Assembly: GCF_006345805.1 (NCBI RefSeq)
Contig: NC_043012.1
Location: 58,342,001 to 58,406,000, forward strand
From: Octopus sinensis
Taxonomy: Eukaryota
Length of the DNA stretch: 64,000 bases
Direction of reading: 5' to 3'
Both the position numbers and the translations under genes were made by a program. Shown here piece by piece: positions 24,481 through 38,520 of the stretch. The notes under the pieces are model-generated. The model saw nothing but the letters and a program-made list of their open reading frames with translations. It was not told the DNA's origin and did no database searches. The number at the start of each line of letters is the position of its first letter. Within the stretch, counting starts at the first letter, position 1.

Positions 24481-25668
24481 TGTTGGCACACCGGATAGAT
24501 TGTTTAGCGGCATTTCTCCCGTCTTTAGGTTCTGAGTTCAGTTTTTGTCGATGTGGACTTTGTCTTTCGAGGGTCGATAAAATAAGTAACACTTGAGCCC
24601 TGGGGTCGATGTAAACGACAAGCCCCACCCCCACCACCACCATCACCACCATGTCTCCCAAAGTTTCAAGTCTTGTGTCTATAGAAATAAGGATATTTAA
24701 ATAATAGTTTGTAAATGTGGGGAGCTGGCAGAATCGTTAAGGTAACGGGGGACGGGAAATGCATTGTGGTATTTGTTCCAAACATCATCGTTCTGGGTTC
24801 GAATCCTACCGAAATCATCTTTGCTTTTTATTCCTCCGGGATCAGAAAAATACCAGTCATGTACTATGACGGACGGCATCGATATAACCCTCCCTTCAAA
24901 ATTGCTACTAATGTACCTAAATCAGTAACTTTTATTAATAATTGTTTCTCGAGGCCTGATATTTGAAGAAAGTTTGAAGTTCATACGATCGACCCCACTA
25001 TTTCATTGGTACTTTACCATATCGACCTCCGTGTTACATGAGTCGTAAATGAATGCAAATATTTCTACCCAAAGATTGAGGCTACCTCGTAATATAGGTT
25101 TGTCTCCTGAGAATCACGTGCTATAAAACAATTTGAACTACTTAAAATAAGTCTAACAGAGTGTATGTGTTGTCATATAAGGAGGAACACGTGCATAGGT
25201 ATTAGGTTGAATAAGCAGAGGGTACATATACATACATACACAAATATACATATATATATATATATATATATATGTGGGTGTGTGTATGTGTGTAAACATA
25301 CACACACATATATATATATATTGATCTTTATCTTCAAAACATTCTCATATCTAACAGATTTCAAATATAGAGATGACAAATAAAAGAACCTCAAGAACTG
25401 ATAATAAATTCTGCGTTATTATTCTTTAAAGAATTATCTCCACGAATGCAAAAATATATTGAAATGTTAGAGGACACATTATGCCAACAAAATAAATACA
25501 TAAATAAATAAAGTAAATAACACACACACACAGACATATTCATATATATCTGTGAAACAGTAGAAGTAAGGTAATAAAAGCCAAAAAAAAATAGAAGCAA
25601 AATTGGACTTCTTTCATTCTTTCATCAAAATAATGGTAAATATATATATATATGTCTGTGTGTGTGTC

Positions 25669-25699
<31 letters not shown>

Positions 25700-26193
25700 A
25701 TGTATAAGAAAAGTAAAAAAGAAAAAAACTGTTTAGCTTGATATATGGGCTATCATACAATAATGAGACAGTTATGTTCCATATTTGAATCTCCATCATT
25801 GAAAAACTACTCGCCACATATTGAATAAATGAAATCTTACAACATCATCTAACAAATAAACGATGAATGAGGAGACACATTTACAAGAATAACAGTGGCG
25901 ATGTATTGGAATTGTCTGTTATGTTTATAACAGAAGTTAATAAACATCTTAGTCTACCAATGTCGTAAAAATTGACGTCCATTTCAATCAAAGTCTTTAG
26001 ATGAATTCTGTTTGTAGTTATAAAATGTCGAATTTTTCCTACCCCTTGATTTTTGTCTCTTTTTGTTTCTTGTTGTTTTTTGTTTTGTTTTTATGCGTTT
26101 GGATGGATTAATCTCTGATGTCTTTTCATCACTCTGAAGAAATGTTGAATGTATGTGTGTGTATATATATATATATAGAGAGAGAGAGAGAAC

Positions 26194-26236
<43 letters not shown>

Positions 26237-26237
26237 A

Positions 26238-26319
<82 letters not shown>

Positions 26320-26592
26320 ATATATATATTATATATATATATATGCAAACACACACTTATATATGTAAACATGCACATATCTATACGTACTTTACATACA
26401 TGCACATATATTTACGTATATTATGTATAAATGGTGTATGTACAAGCACACACTCACACACATACACGCACACATACACACACACATACATACATACATA
26501 ATACATACATACATACATACATACATACATACATACATACATAATACATACATACATACCTACATACATATACATACATGTATATATATATA

Positions 26593-26663
<71 letters not shown>

Positions 26664-27455
26664 GAAATGATCAAATGCAATTTTAAAGAATTATATTGTG
26701 CAGTTCATCAAATATTTATCAAAGAAAAGAATTTCTCTCACGGAACTGCTTCAGCGTGAAATCACAACCTCGCTGTCAATTCATCTCGCATCAGTAGAAC
26801 TCCCGTTGAAAAATAAACATCTCGAGAGATAAAAGAATGAAACGTGACACCATATATAATTGAATAAGGACTGATGCAGATCCCATAAATCATGGAACAC
26901 TATTTCGCACTTCTATTCCTCTAATTAGGTAGCTCGATGACATGCAGTGTATCAGGGACATTTCAACCCAGCCGTTGTCAATGTTTCTGCTGTTTAGACT
27001 GACCCAGGTTACACCCTAACCGAGTACAAATATGGCCAAAGATACTCTGGCCTTGACCGTTTTGTTTGTTTCAGTAAGACTTCGTTATTAAATGTGTCCT
27101 GTTGTAATCTCGGGATGGTCATTATCCCGATAATAAAAGCACGTATATTGGCTCTATTACACTTCTTTCTCTTTTCTTTTTTATTTCTGTCGATTGGTTA
27201 TCTATCTAACCAATTAACTAATTGATTGTTTGATGTGATCGATCTTGTGGTTAATCATTCGATCAGACCGTGAGCAGAAAGGCCATGCCATTTATGTGAT
27301 CGCGAATGGCGACGATAGAAGTTTCTCCTTTCTCCCGTAAGAGTTGTTGCTGAGATACGGTCATCATCGATTTGGTCGGAATTAGAATATCCAGGACAAT
27401 AGTGGAAATGAACTTGCTATAGCGATCGAATAATAATAATAATAATAACAATAAC

Positions 27456-27489
<34 letters not shown>

Positions 27490-27518
27490 TAATAATAATA
27501 ATAATAATAATAATAAGG

Positions 27519-27578
27519 GACACAGAGCTGCGCTCGGTAGTGAAGTGAAAGCACGCTATAAAAATAAAACTACTGAAT
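27519..27578 (+). mobile_element. Extreme 3' end of an R4/Dong-like retrotransposon in (TAA)n
   Basis: CACAGAGCTGCGCTCGGTAGTGAAGTGAAAGCACGCTATAAAA is identical to the 3' UTR at 43390-43433. Confidence 0.8.
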
Positions 27579-27602
27579 GATAATAATAATAATAATAATA
27601 TT

Positions 27603-27641
<39 letters not shown>

Positions 27642-27728
27642 TAATAATAATAATAATAATAATAATGATAATAATAATAATATTTAAATAATAAAAATAA
27701 TTAAATAATAATAATAATAATTAAATAA

Positions 27729-27767
<39 letters not shown>

Positions 27768-27920
27768 CATCGAAAAATACCTTATGAATGAGAATCCAGG
27801 TTCGAAATTTCCCAAGACACCTAATGAAGGCTGGAGGGTTTATCAGCCGAAACGTTGTGTAAACAACAAACAAGATGAGGACAAAATACCCGTCAAATTT
27901 AAATAATGTAAATAATGTAA
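27768..27920 (+). mobile_element. About 150-bp HHR-bearing element adjoining (AAT)n
   Basis: Second copy at 45970-46117 (-). Confidence 0.8.
27817..27860 (+). ncRNA. Minimal hammerhead, G5A-mutated core
   Basis: ACAC-CTAATGA-a-GGCTG..CAGCC-GAAA-CG-TT-GTGT. Confidence 0.7.
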
Positions 27921-28184
27921 TATAACAAGGATTTATTTAAGCCAATCACCTGAAGTAGAATTTTTTTTTACCAATATGCTACGAGTGTAAAAATATGTCG
28001 AAACAGTTTTAGTGGTGTTAAATAAAGGCTGTCTTTCAATTTATTTCCTATTATTTATTTATCTATCTATCAATCTATCTATCTGTATGTATGTAAAATT
28101 TAGGTTCAGATGAATATGCTACTTAAGTTAAAGGCACCAGAATTTAGTATGGTATTATCCATATAATTCAAAATGGGGTGATTA

Positions 28185-28369
28185 TAATCAAAATAAGCAA
28201 CAAGGATACCCAGAGGTAATGCAGTACGATCGTTTCATGCGACTCCATGTAATTGAAGATTGCTCTACATTTTAAATTGATGTAATGTTTGCATTGTTCA
28301 ATTAAATGGAGTTGCATGAAACGATCATACTGCATTACCTCTGGATATCCTTGTTGCTTATTTTGAGTA
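28185..28369. repeat. Inverted repeat with about 73-bp arms, each carrying the 3' half of a hammerhead
   Basis: Arms 28185-28257 and 28297-28369. GAAA-CGATCG-TA-CTGC motif. 5' core absent. Confidence 0.8.
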
Positions 28370-29939
28370 TCTGTATGTATGTATAAAGGATATCTTAGCT
28401 AGAACAGCTAAGTAACTGCTTGTTCATGGTTGGTCAGGGATGCAAAAGAAAAAAAACAGCAGCAACAAAGCAACTGGTATCTCAATAGATTATATTTTGA
28501 AGCTACGCTGTACAAATAGTTTTCCAGTAATACTGTTTGTATTATTTTTTTTACAAAGCAGGACATATATTTTTTTTAGGCTCTATTATTTTACAACAAA
28601 ACACAATAAATATAGCTGCTATTTCTCGTAGGTCGTGTGACCACGTCATGGTTCTTCATCTACGCCTCGCTTTGAAACTAGTTTCATTTTCATGTAGTAT
28701 GGTCACAATGAAAAAAATTAGTTGATATGATTTAATATATATATATCAAACTCTATCGAATTTCACATTTGACAGGAATGATAAGAAGTGAAATGAATTG
28801 AAAAGAAATGAAATTCTGAAATGTCCTATATTAAATCTCATTCTTTATCGAAATTCCTGATTGTGCTGATATAAATGTAGTTATTTTTAGTGACTCGAAT
28901 CCTTTAGACACAATTCTACAATTCGCTATTGTATTAATAGCAAAACAATATTAATATATTGTTTTGCTATTGATAACATAGCGAGAAAATATATTTCTAG
29001 CAAATATAGGTTAAAACCAAACTTTAAGGAAACTGAAAAAAGCAAAATAAATAAATATAAATAAAATAAGTATCTAAAGAAATCAAAAAAAAAAAAAAGA
29101 CTTGTTCGACTGAATGAAAAATGTGTGGTTGTCACGTTTAAATATTTGTACTTGTGAAAGAAAATAATTTTTTTCTTCTGCTTCTGGTTTAAATTTCAAC
29201 GTGCTTGTTTATATGGAATGACTAGCTCATAAATTTATTCATAATATCAATTCTATGTTGCAAGAAAAAGAAAAAAAAATTATTTTAATGTCTACAAATA
29301 ATTTTTGGTTTTTTTTTTTCTTTTTTCTAAATCTTATTTTCGTTCCAACTTAGTTGTATAGTGGCAATGCTTATACGCTCTCGGAATGTTATATAAGTGA
29401 AACTGTTTCGATTCTCAGCTGAGCTAGTCTTATCTCGTTGGCAACCACTGCACAGCGGCTTAGTCCAGTGTCTACTACAATAGCCCTAAAACGACTAATT
29501 GCCTCTAAATGAATTTACTGGACGGAAATTGTGCGGAAGCCCATTATATTGTGTGTGTATGTGTGTGTATTTGTCTTCCACCATTACTGCTTGATAACCG
29601 GTGTTAGTTTGTTTACGTACCTATAACCGAGTCGTTCTGCAAACATGGTCGATAGTATAAGTATTACACTTCAAAATTCAGTATCGCGATTAATTTGATA
29701 GAATAAACTCTTCAAGGCGATGCTCCAGCATGACCGCATTCTAATGAATGAAATAAGTAATAAAAATACGATAAATTAGAGATATACGAAAGCCTGTACT
29801 GATTTAATCCAGGACTTGTGTCACTGATTTCATAACAGAATAATTAAACGGGCGCAGGGGGACACAGAAACAAAACACAAAAGCTATCTAACTAGTGTAA
29901 ATAGAGCCGCAAACACGCGCTGCTATTAACACGGCAGGA

Positions 29940-30732
29940 TTCTGCACCGCATCTGTCTGCAATTTTCCCTCCCGGGGCGAAAGTATTTGTTAATCTGGGG
30001 TCTTGCTCAAAGTAAGAAGCGATTAAGGACGAAATCGAATGTATGCGATTACGAAACGAACTTTTGAATTGCATAATTACGTTTGCACCCGTGACGCACA
30101 TAGAACGGACAGCACACTTCACAGTTTCTTGTCCATCAAATTCCCCTGACAAGGCAAAACATTTGTCATCTCACGGCCTTGCTCGAAGCGCAACGTAATG
30201 GGGGCCGAGCTAGTACCAAACCACATGGATACGAAGCCACTTCTGTATTACAAAACTATGACGGCGCCAACTCTCCACGCACGTTTATGTCTACGAAATA
30301 CCACTCGGGAAGCAACGCATTCCTCGCTCAAAGAATAACGAGCAGGAAAGAAAGCATAGCGATTATGAAACGAGTCTTGAACATCAAAATATGATTTGCC
30401 TGTAACACATGTGCGCTCGACAGCACTTCACATAGTTTTGTCCACGAAATTCTGCTCGTGAAGCAAAACATTTGTGAACCCGCAGGCTTGCTCAAAGTGT
30501 AAGAAGTGGTCCTGAGTGGGAGCGAGATTACAAACCACGAACTTACTGAACGGACTTTTGAATATCAAGACTATGACGTCTGCGCTTGTGAAACATATTC
30601 ACATGAGAGCCTTCAGCACAGCTGTGGTCCACCGGGGGCCTTGCTGTAATATGTAACGATTGTAGTCGAACTAACTCAAGACCACGTGATTATGAAGCGA
30701 TGTTTTGAACACTGTGAGTACGACTGCGCTTG
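29940..30732 (-). repeat. Ancient tandem array of about 5 SINE-A-like heads (unit about 155 bp)
   Basis: Recurring ...GTCCA..AAATT...AAAACATTTGT...CTTGCTC.AAG...ACCAC...TTTTGAA...TATGAC...GCGC units, alignable to the reverse-complement SINE-A head. Confidence 0.6.
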
Positions 30733-30779
30733 TGTTTTAGCTATTTCAATTACTTTGCTATATTCTTTAAGGGCTAGGT

Positions 30780-31128
30780 GCACACGTGGCGGTGTGGTAA
30801 GAAATTTGCTTCCCAACTATGTGGTTCCATTCTAGTCCCCTAGTGTGGAACCTTGGGCAAGTATCTTCTACTAAAGCCTCGGGAGGACTAAAGTCTTGCG
30901 AGTGGGTCTGCTAGATGGAAAATGAAAGAAACCTGTCGTATATATGGCTGTGTGGTAAGTAGCTTGCTTACCAGCCACATGGTATCGGATTCAGTCCCAC
31001 TGCGTGGCATCTTGGGCAAGTGTCTTTTGCTATAGCCTCGGGATGACCAATGCCCTGTGAGTGGATTTAGTAAACGGAAACTGAAAGAAGCCTGTCGTAT
31101 ATATGTATATATATATATATATATATGC

Positions 31129-31167
<39 letters not shown>

Positions 31168-31171
31168 CGCG

Positions 31172-31226
<55 letters not shown>

Positions 31227-31440
31227 TTGTGTGTCTGTGTTTGTTCCCCCAAAATCACTTGACAACCGATGCTCGTATGTTTACGTACCCGTCACCTAGC
31301 GGTTCGGCAAAAGAGACCGATTGAATAAGTACCATGCTTAACAAAAAGTACGTTCTGGGGTCGATTCGTTCGACTGAAATTCTTCAAGCCGGTTCTACAG
31401 CATGGCCGCACTCTATTGACTGAAACCCGTAAAAGATGAA
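30780..31440 (+). mobile_element. SINE-A nested behind an older SINE-A head
   Basis: Diverged head 30780-30940, younger copy from 30946. Confidence 0.85.
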
Positions 31441-33036
31441 CGATGAGTCACAAACGTTTCACACTCCATTCAGTAATTCACTTATACATAACAGATTGGG
31501 TGATGGTGCCGTAAACCTTTTAAGTCTCGTGTGGGTAGATTATATTCCATCGCTGTAGTAATCTGAGTTGTTGCACATTATTTTTTTTTTTTTTTTGTGA
31601 TGACGGGTAGGGAACCTAAATATCGTGGGATACAATAAAGTTAGCAAATATGTTTTCTTTGCATAAACTTAGAAATCAGAACTAAGAACACGTCAAGTCT
31701 GATTTAGATTTAACATACTACCAGTCTTAATAAAGACAAAAACATGGCGACCATATAGCACCAATGGCGTCTGAATTAGCGAAATGTTTACGACACCATA
31801 AAAAAGAAGTGAGCCACGTTTATTAATCAGTATACTTACGTGTATAGAATTACTTACTATAGAACACCCTTCCTCCACAGACACACACTCTCGCTCTCTC
31901 TTTCTCTCTCCTTTTCCTTCTTGTTACTCATTGTCTTGCTTCCCGCGTTCACATTTATAAACGTACTCAGTGAATTAAACCATATTAATGTATAAATCAT
32001 TGATTCTAACAAAGGTGCAGAGCCACATATTTCAGAGAAAGTTTGCAGAAGATTATGTTGACCACAATACTTTAATGTTATTTATTGAGTGACCCAGGTA
32101 GGACGAAAAAGAATGTCGACTACGGCGTGGTTTTGAACATAAAATAACGCAAACAATGGAAGTATCTATAATTTATATTACAGATTGTTTGCCGCACTAG
32201 TAATGGCGTTCCGTCCATCCATTCATCCAAAAACTGAAATGAGATTGGGCGCAGCTGCTTGATCGCAGAATATTTGGCATGGCTGGTTGGACATTAAACC
32301 GAAATATACTGTTTTGGCGACAGTATATTTCGGTACTGGCGGCAAGCTCTTACGTGTGCGCGTAAGTATAGATATATACATATATAATGCGTGAGAAAGG
32401 GAGAGGGAAATTACACATACATGCAAACATAACTAGATGCTCACAGAGAGAGAGAGAGTGAGAGAGGAAGGGGAGGGAGAGAGAACGAGAGAAATATTAA
32501 AACGCCTGATATAAAAAGTCAGCGTCGAATCATCGATGTCAAAACGGCAGCGCCAAAACGGCAATGCTAGAACTCTTTATACCCGCCCACCATATAACCA
32601 ACTACACAGTCCCTACCCAACCAACCCTCTATAAAATCAACCATCTAACCAAATAGCCACTAACTGTTTCAACAACGAGACAAAATCCATTGACCAAGGG
32701 TGTTGTAGATGCAGAGCAATATAATGACGGTTATTTTAACCTGGTGACTTTTTTCTTTTATCCAGATATGGTTGTCCTTGACATACCTGGGAAGTCATAT
32801 TTCTGAACCTGTTGGTTGAGAATACATGATTAGATGGGAGGGAGTGGCTGTTTGGTTGGAACATCACCCACTCGACCACGAAAGAGGTTGTGCTACGTCT
32901 CGTGGCACCGGTAGTTTTTAGAACTGGTCGCTCTGTAATACCCGCTCAATAATTCGTTCCAATTTAGAAAAAGGTAAACGATGTTGAACAGATGGGACAT
33001 AGTCGATGGCATCAAATGCAATACTTGACTGGTACT

Positions 33037-33095
33037 TCATTATCATCATCATCATCATCATCATCACCACCACCATCATCATCACCACCATCATC

Positions 33096-33126
<31 letters not shown>

Positions 33127-33419
33127 CCATCATCATCATGATCATCATCACCACCATCATCATCATCATTATCACCACCATCATCATCATCATCATCACC
33201 ACCACCACCACCACCACCACCATCATCATCATCGTCATCACCATCATCATCATCATCACCACCATCATCACCATCATCATCATCATCATCATCATCACCA
33301 CCATCATCATCATCATCACCACCATCATCATCATCATCATCATCATCACCACCACTACCACCACCAACAACATCATCATCATCACCATCACCATCATCAC
33401 CATCATCATCATCATCATC

Positions 33420-33451
<32 letters not shown>

Positions 33452-33462
33452 TGTCGTCATCG

Positions 33463-33508
<46 letters not shown>

Positions 33509-33535
33509 ATCATCATCATCATCATCATTATCATC
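33037..33535. repeat. (CAT/CAC)n trinucleotide array
   Basis: Direct reading. Confidence 0.95.
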
Positions 33536-33562
33536 AAGACTTATTTCATCTCTTAAATTCAG

Positions 33563-33651
33563 CTACCCGTTCTTACACTGCTGATAAAGCTGCAGCATCA
33601 TACCCTAACGTAGCAAGCCTGTCAGCTTCAATGTCCTTGGGGGCTATGCAG
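33563..33651 (+). CDS. Candidate internal coding exon of an unidentified host gene
   Basis: tttcatctcttaaattcag|...ATGCAG|gtattt. Open frame xTRSYTADKAAASYPNVASLSASMSLGAMQ, ends in phase 0. Confidence 0.35.
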
Positions 33652-34239
33652 GTATTTCATAAATACTCGATGCCAAATTTTGTTAATTTTCAAGAGAAAT
33701 TGATGCTAGTTACTTTTTCAGATTTTTCTTTGAATAGTCAGATGTCATTTTACCCGGAAAGAAAACAATGCAGTTACTGATAAGAAATGTTGAAATTAAT
33801 GCATGCAAGATTTCACAGCTCTATTGTCACTTCTTTATGGGAAGACTACGAAGTTTTTTTCAGCCTGCCCCCCTATTATAAACGACATCAGAAGGATGAA
33901 AGTCAAATTTGGAGTCTTCAGTATATGAACGTAGAATATCAACCGGAAGAAATGTCGGAAAGGATTTTGATCAACGAGGTAACGACTGAGCTGTGCCGTA
34001 GTATTTCTACGTAACATAAATAATTCTGTCGAATTTTCGGAGGTCAGCAATTTTAAAAGGAAAAAAGGTAATTCATTTCTTGGTTTGTAAATTCAGTTAA
34101 GGTAGAAAAATTGTAAAAAAATAAACGGTGGAGTTGATCTAGGCTGGATCTGAAGTCAGAATATAAAGAGAAAGGAAAGGAAAAAAAGATTTTCGCGAAG
34201 TTCAAATGTGCTAAAGATTGCCATTTCAACGGTCTTATA

Positions 34240-34607
34240 TTTACTCGTTTACTCTTTTAATTGTTTCAGTCATTTGATTGTGGCCATGCTGGAGCACCGC
34301 CTTCAGTCGAGCAAATCGACCCCAGGACTTATTCTTGTTAAGCTTAGTACTTATTCTATCGGTTACTTTTGCCGAACCGCTAAGTTACGGGGACGTAAAC
34401 ACACCAGCATCGGTTGTCAAGCGATATTGGGGGGACAAACACAGACACACAAACATATACACAAATACATACATACATATACATATATACGACGGGCTTC
34501 TTTCAGTTTCCGTCTACCAAATCCACTCACAAGGCTTTGGTCGGCCCGAGGCTATAGTAGAAGACACTTACCCAAGGTGCCACGCAGTGGGACTGAACGC
34601 GGAACCC
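34240..34607 (-). mobile_element. SINE-A, young, 5'-truncated
   Basis: Near-consensus sequence. Confidence 0.9.
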
Positions 34608-34758
34608 GGAACCCCTTCGTTTCTCATTCATAAACACAAAAGTAATATTATAGTAGATTATCTCAATAACCATGGGAGCTGTGAAAAAAATACAAAGCCC
34701 AGCATCACCACCGGATCATTCTACATATCTGTGTAATTTTTCGCGCAATTCCACCCAG

Positions 34759-34812
34759 CCGTTCGACCGTGAATCTCAAGACAATACAGAATCGCCCATG
34801 TCAAATTTGCAG
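34759..34812 (+). CDS. Candidate 54-nt coding exon
   Basis: ttccacccag|CCG...TTGCAG|gtatag. PFDRESQDNTESPMSNLQ, phase 0-0, compatible with 33563-33651. Confidence 0.3.
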
Positions 34813-35284
34813 GTATAGCGTTACAAACTACTTGCAGTAAACACGAATTTTGGTGACCCGTCCTTATAAATACACTGAGTCTGTGTTACCCGTCATATGA
34901 GGGATAGCGGGAAGTATACTTTTAGATCATGTTTATATCACCATCAATATGGCGTACATACAATAATTATAATTTAATTTTTATCAAATTTATTGTTACT
35001 TATATAAAATGAGAAAATGAAGACTTATTTTCAAAGCGAAAATAATTTCTATGAGATAAAATTAAAGAAAACAACCAACACTTTTGTATATTTGCAATAA
35101 AGATGATATTATTTTTCTAAATTTTATCAACAAAATCTCAATCTTCTCAACAGAAATCCTATCTCTGCAAAATTTCGTATTAAAAAACGTGTTTTTCAGA
35201 AATTTATAAGAACTAAAATAGATGTTGGAGCGTGAAAGTGAAGCTATGCCTATCTCCTTCTCTTTCTCTCTGGACACACACGCG

Positions 35285-35321
<37 letters not shown>

Positions 35322-35824
35322 GCGCACACACACACACATACTCACACGCGCACTCTCTCGTTCCCTCTTACTCATTCACTGATTCACTTACATATCCACA
35401 TACACATATATCCGTTATTTACAACAGAAGCAGTATTAGATTAAAATATCTATTTATATATGAAACTGAATGTAAATACAATGTGATAGACAAAATTTGC
35501 CGCATTATTCGTCCGGAGATGATTTCACCTATGGCCTGTTGTCCAGACATAATATCACCTACAACCTATGGAGCAATCTATACATTCCAGGGAGGTGTAT
35601 TTCGTACCAGCTGCGGCGAGTGAGAATCCTTGATGAATTTCTGCCTCATCATGCGTTATCAATTCTGTGTACTCACGGGCATGCTTAGACGCAATCCGAC
35701 ACAACAGGTACATATGAAAACAGTGAATAAAAACACTCACTGTTACTGCATGTAATCATTCGGGTGAATAAAATTTCGTAGAAGCTGTATTAAATGGAAA
35801 TAGTTATTTATGTATCATACAAGC

Positions 35825-36492
35825 CGCCGTGTATCGAACTCACGACCAAACGAACATGAACCGAATGTGCTAACCACTAAACCCTGAGCAAACGCTGCTC
35901 CAGTACACTAAGCTGGCAAAAGAGAATCGTACCTGCATTTCTAAGGGCCAGGTCCTATCACATTCTGTCTCACGTTGAATCTCAATCAGAACAGTACACT
36001 ATGGTTACGGGTGTCTGTAGAGTGCTTCGTCACTTACTCTTTAATTTCACGAGTAGGCTGTTCTGTTGATCAGATCTGGAACACTGCTTTTCTGTTCATC
36101 AAAACTACTGGAATACTGCTGTTCTGTTGACCAGATCTACTGGAACACTGCTGTTCTGTTGATCAGATCTACAGGAACATCGCTGTTCTCTTGATCAGAC
36201 CTACTGGAACACCGATTTTCTCTTGATCAGATCTAGTGGAATATTGCTGTTCTGTTGATCAGATCTACTGGAACGTCGCTGTTCTGTTGATCAGATGAAT
36301 TGGAACACCGTTGTTCTGTTGATCAGATCTACTGGAACACCGTTGATTTATTGATCAGATGAATTGGAACACCATTGTTCTGTTGATCAGATCTACTGGA
36401 ACACCGTTGTTCTATTGATCTGATGAACTGGAACACCGTTCTTCTGTTGATCAGATCTATTGGAACACTAGTCGTCGCAACCGATGGAGTGC
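35825..36492 (+). mobile_element. SINE-C with inverted head and tail expanded into a 32-bp minisatellite
   Basis: Head in reverse at 35825-35890, body forward 35893-36055, about 12 units of GTTCTGTTGATCAGATCTACTGGAACACYGCT, then normal end ACCGATGGAGTGC. Confidence 0.8.
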
Positions 36493-37070
36493 TTGTTATG
36501 TACCATATATATTGTCGAAATGCTATAAAAATATCATTTGTAAGTTTAATGAAAAGAATATTGGAATAAATTGCCAATTTGCAATTAGATATCTTCCAAA
36601 CGACCAAACCGAAATCTAAACCAGCAATTATTGAGTTCAAATTTTGGCACAAGACCAGGAATTTAGAGAGAGGGATAAGTCGATTACATTAATCAAAGTG
36701 AGCTACTGGTGCTTATTTTATCAAGCCGGAAAGGATGAAAGGCAAGGTTGACCCCCGACAGCATTTGAACCCAGAACGTAAAGTCTCACGAAATGTCGCT
36801 CGGCATTGTGCCTGGCATGCTAAATATTTTACCATTTCGCTGCCTTAAACCGGCAATTAATTAATTTGGTATTATCCTCACTTGTCCCTTAGCGATGACG
36901 TAGCTGCGAAGAAAATATGTTGCCGAAAAATTAAAAGTGACAGTTGAGCTGAAGCATATAGCTTCAGTTTCTTGGTGGGTATTTTATGCTGTTGTGCATA
37001 TTCATTCCTATGCAAAGTATAATTTGCAACTAAACGCTTCCCATTTATCCACAGCATTTTTGAAATCTAA

Positions 37071-37124
<54 letters not shown>

Positions 37125-37152
37125 CAGCAGCAGCAGTATTAGTAGTAGTAGT

Positions 37153-37472
37153 GGCACTCCGTCGGTTAGGTTGACGTGGATTCCAGTCGATCCGATCAAC
37201 GGAACGGCCTGCTCGTGAAATTAACGTGCAAAGCAGCTGAGCATTCGACAGTCACGAGTACCCTTAACGTAGTTCTCGGGGAGATTCAGCGCGGCACGGA
37301 ATGTGATAAGGTTGGCCCTTTGAAATGCGGGTACAAAAGAAACAGGAAGAAAGAGCGACAAAAAGTTGAGGTGAAAGAGTTCAGCAGGGTTCACCACCAC
37401 CCCTGCCGGAGCTTCGTGGAGCTTTAGGCGTTTTCCCAGTCCGCTGCCCTAACCACTGGGCCATTGCGCCTC
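37153..37472 (-). mobile_element. Chimeric SINE: family-D head and body with family-C tail
   Basis: 37340-37472 matches 13535-13720 with an internal deletion. 37153-37335 matches 16981-17163. Confidence 0.8.
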
Positions 37473-38067
37473 TAGTATTAGTAGTAGTGTTAATGGTAAC
37501 AATATTTGTTTTTATGAGAGGTCATATATGTCAGCGCTTTCTTAATATGCCAAATGACCTTTCAGTACTTTTAAGTTAAATGTACTAATTTTTACAAGGA
37601 ATAAGTTGACAGAGTCTTCGAAGTTTCAATAAGATTACAAAATCCTAAAGCAATGAATTATAACGCTGTAGATGCCGAAATGGAATTAATTAATTACCAA
37701 TGCTATCTAGCATATAAACACTAGAAAACTGGTATTATATGGTATGATCCTCCATACAACATATCTGCAAAACATTTTCTTTCTCTTTTCGGACAACATT
37801 TCCGGAACGATTATTAAACGGTGAGCTATCGTTGCATGAAAAAAAAAAAAAAAATGAACAATGCATATTGCTGTTAAAAATCATTTAACAATTCTATGAT
37901 TAAGAAATCTAGAGCAAAATACTCGCCGCTGGACATAGGTATTTGTCCCTAAAAAAGCAATAATCTACAAGAAATCATTGTTTGCTGTGATATCTCCTAG
38001 CTCTACATCAACGACCTGCATAAGGCTTACATAGTGCCCCGTCTTACGCAGTCTGCAACATTATACT

Positions 38068-38314
38068 TACTTTTACTTTTACTTGTTTCAGTCATTTGAC
38101 TGCGGCCATGCTGGAGCACCGCCTTTAGTCGAGCAAATCGACCCCGGGACTTATTCTTGTAAGCCCAGTACTTATTCTATCGGTCTCTTTTTGCCGAACC
38201 GCTAGTTGACGGGGACGTAAACACACCAGCATCGGTTGGCAAGCAATGCTAGGGGGACAAACACAGAAACACAAACACACACACATACATATATATATAT
38301 ATAATATATATATA

Positions 38315-38358
<44 letters not shown>

Positions 38359-38520
38359 CATACGACAGGCTTCTTTCAGTTTCCGTCTACCAAATCCACT
38401 CACAAGGCTTTGGTCGGCCCGAGGCTATAGTAGAAGACATTTGCCCAAGATGCCACGCAGTGGGACTGAACCCGGAACCATGTAGTTCATAAGCAATCTA
38501 CTTACCACACAGCCACTCCA
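38068..38520 (-). mobile_element. SINE-A, young
   Basis: Near-consensus sequence. Confidence 0.9.

Noticed and set aside
32918-33584. Long poly-M/V and poly-I/T ORFs, and all [12 protein letters not shown], poly-S, poly-N and poly-E ORFs in the track
   Set aside because: These are translations of stop-free microsatellites, with no other coding evidence.
36055-36470. CRISPR-like 32-bp palindromic repeats (also 24085-24480)
   Set aside because: Units are contiguous with no unique spacers, there are no cas genes, the context is eukaryotic, and the unit derives from a SINE tail.
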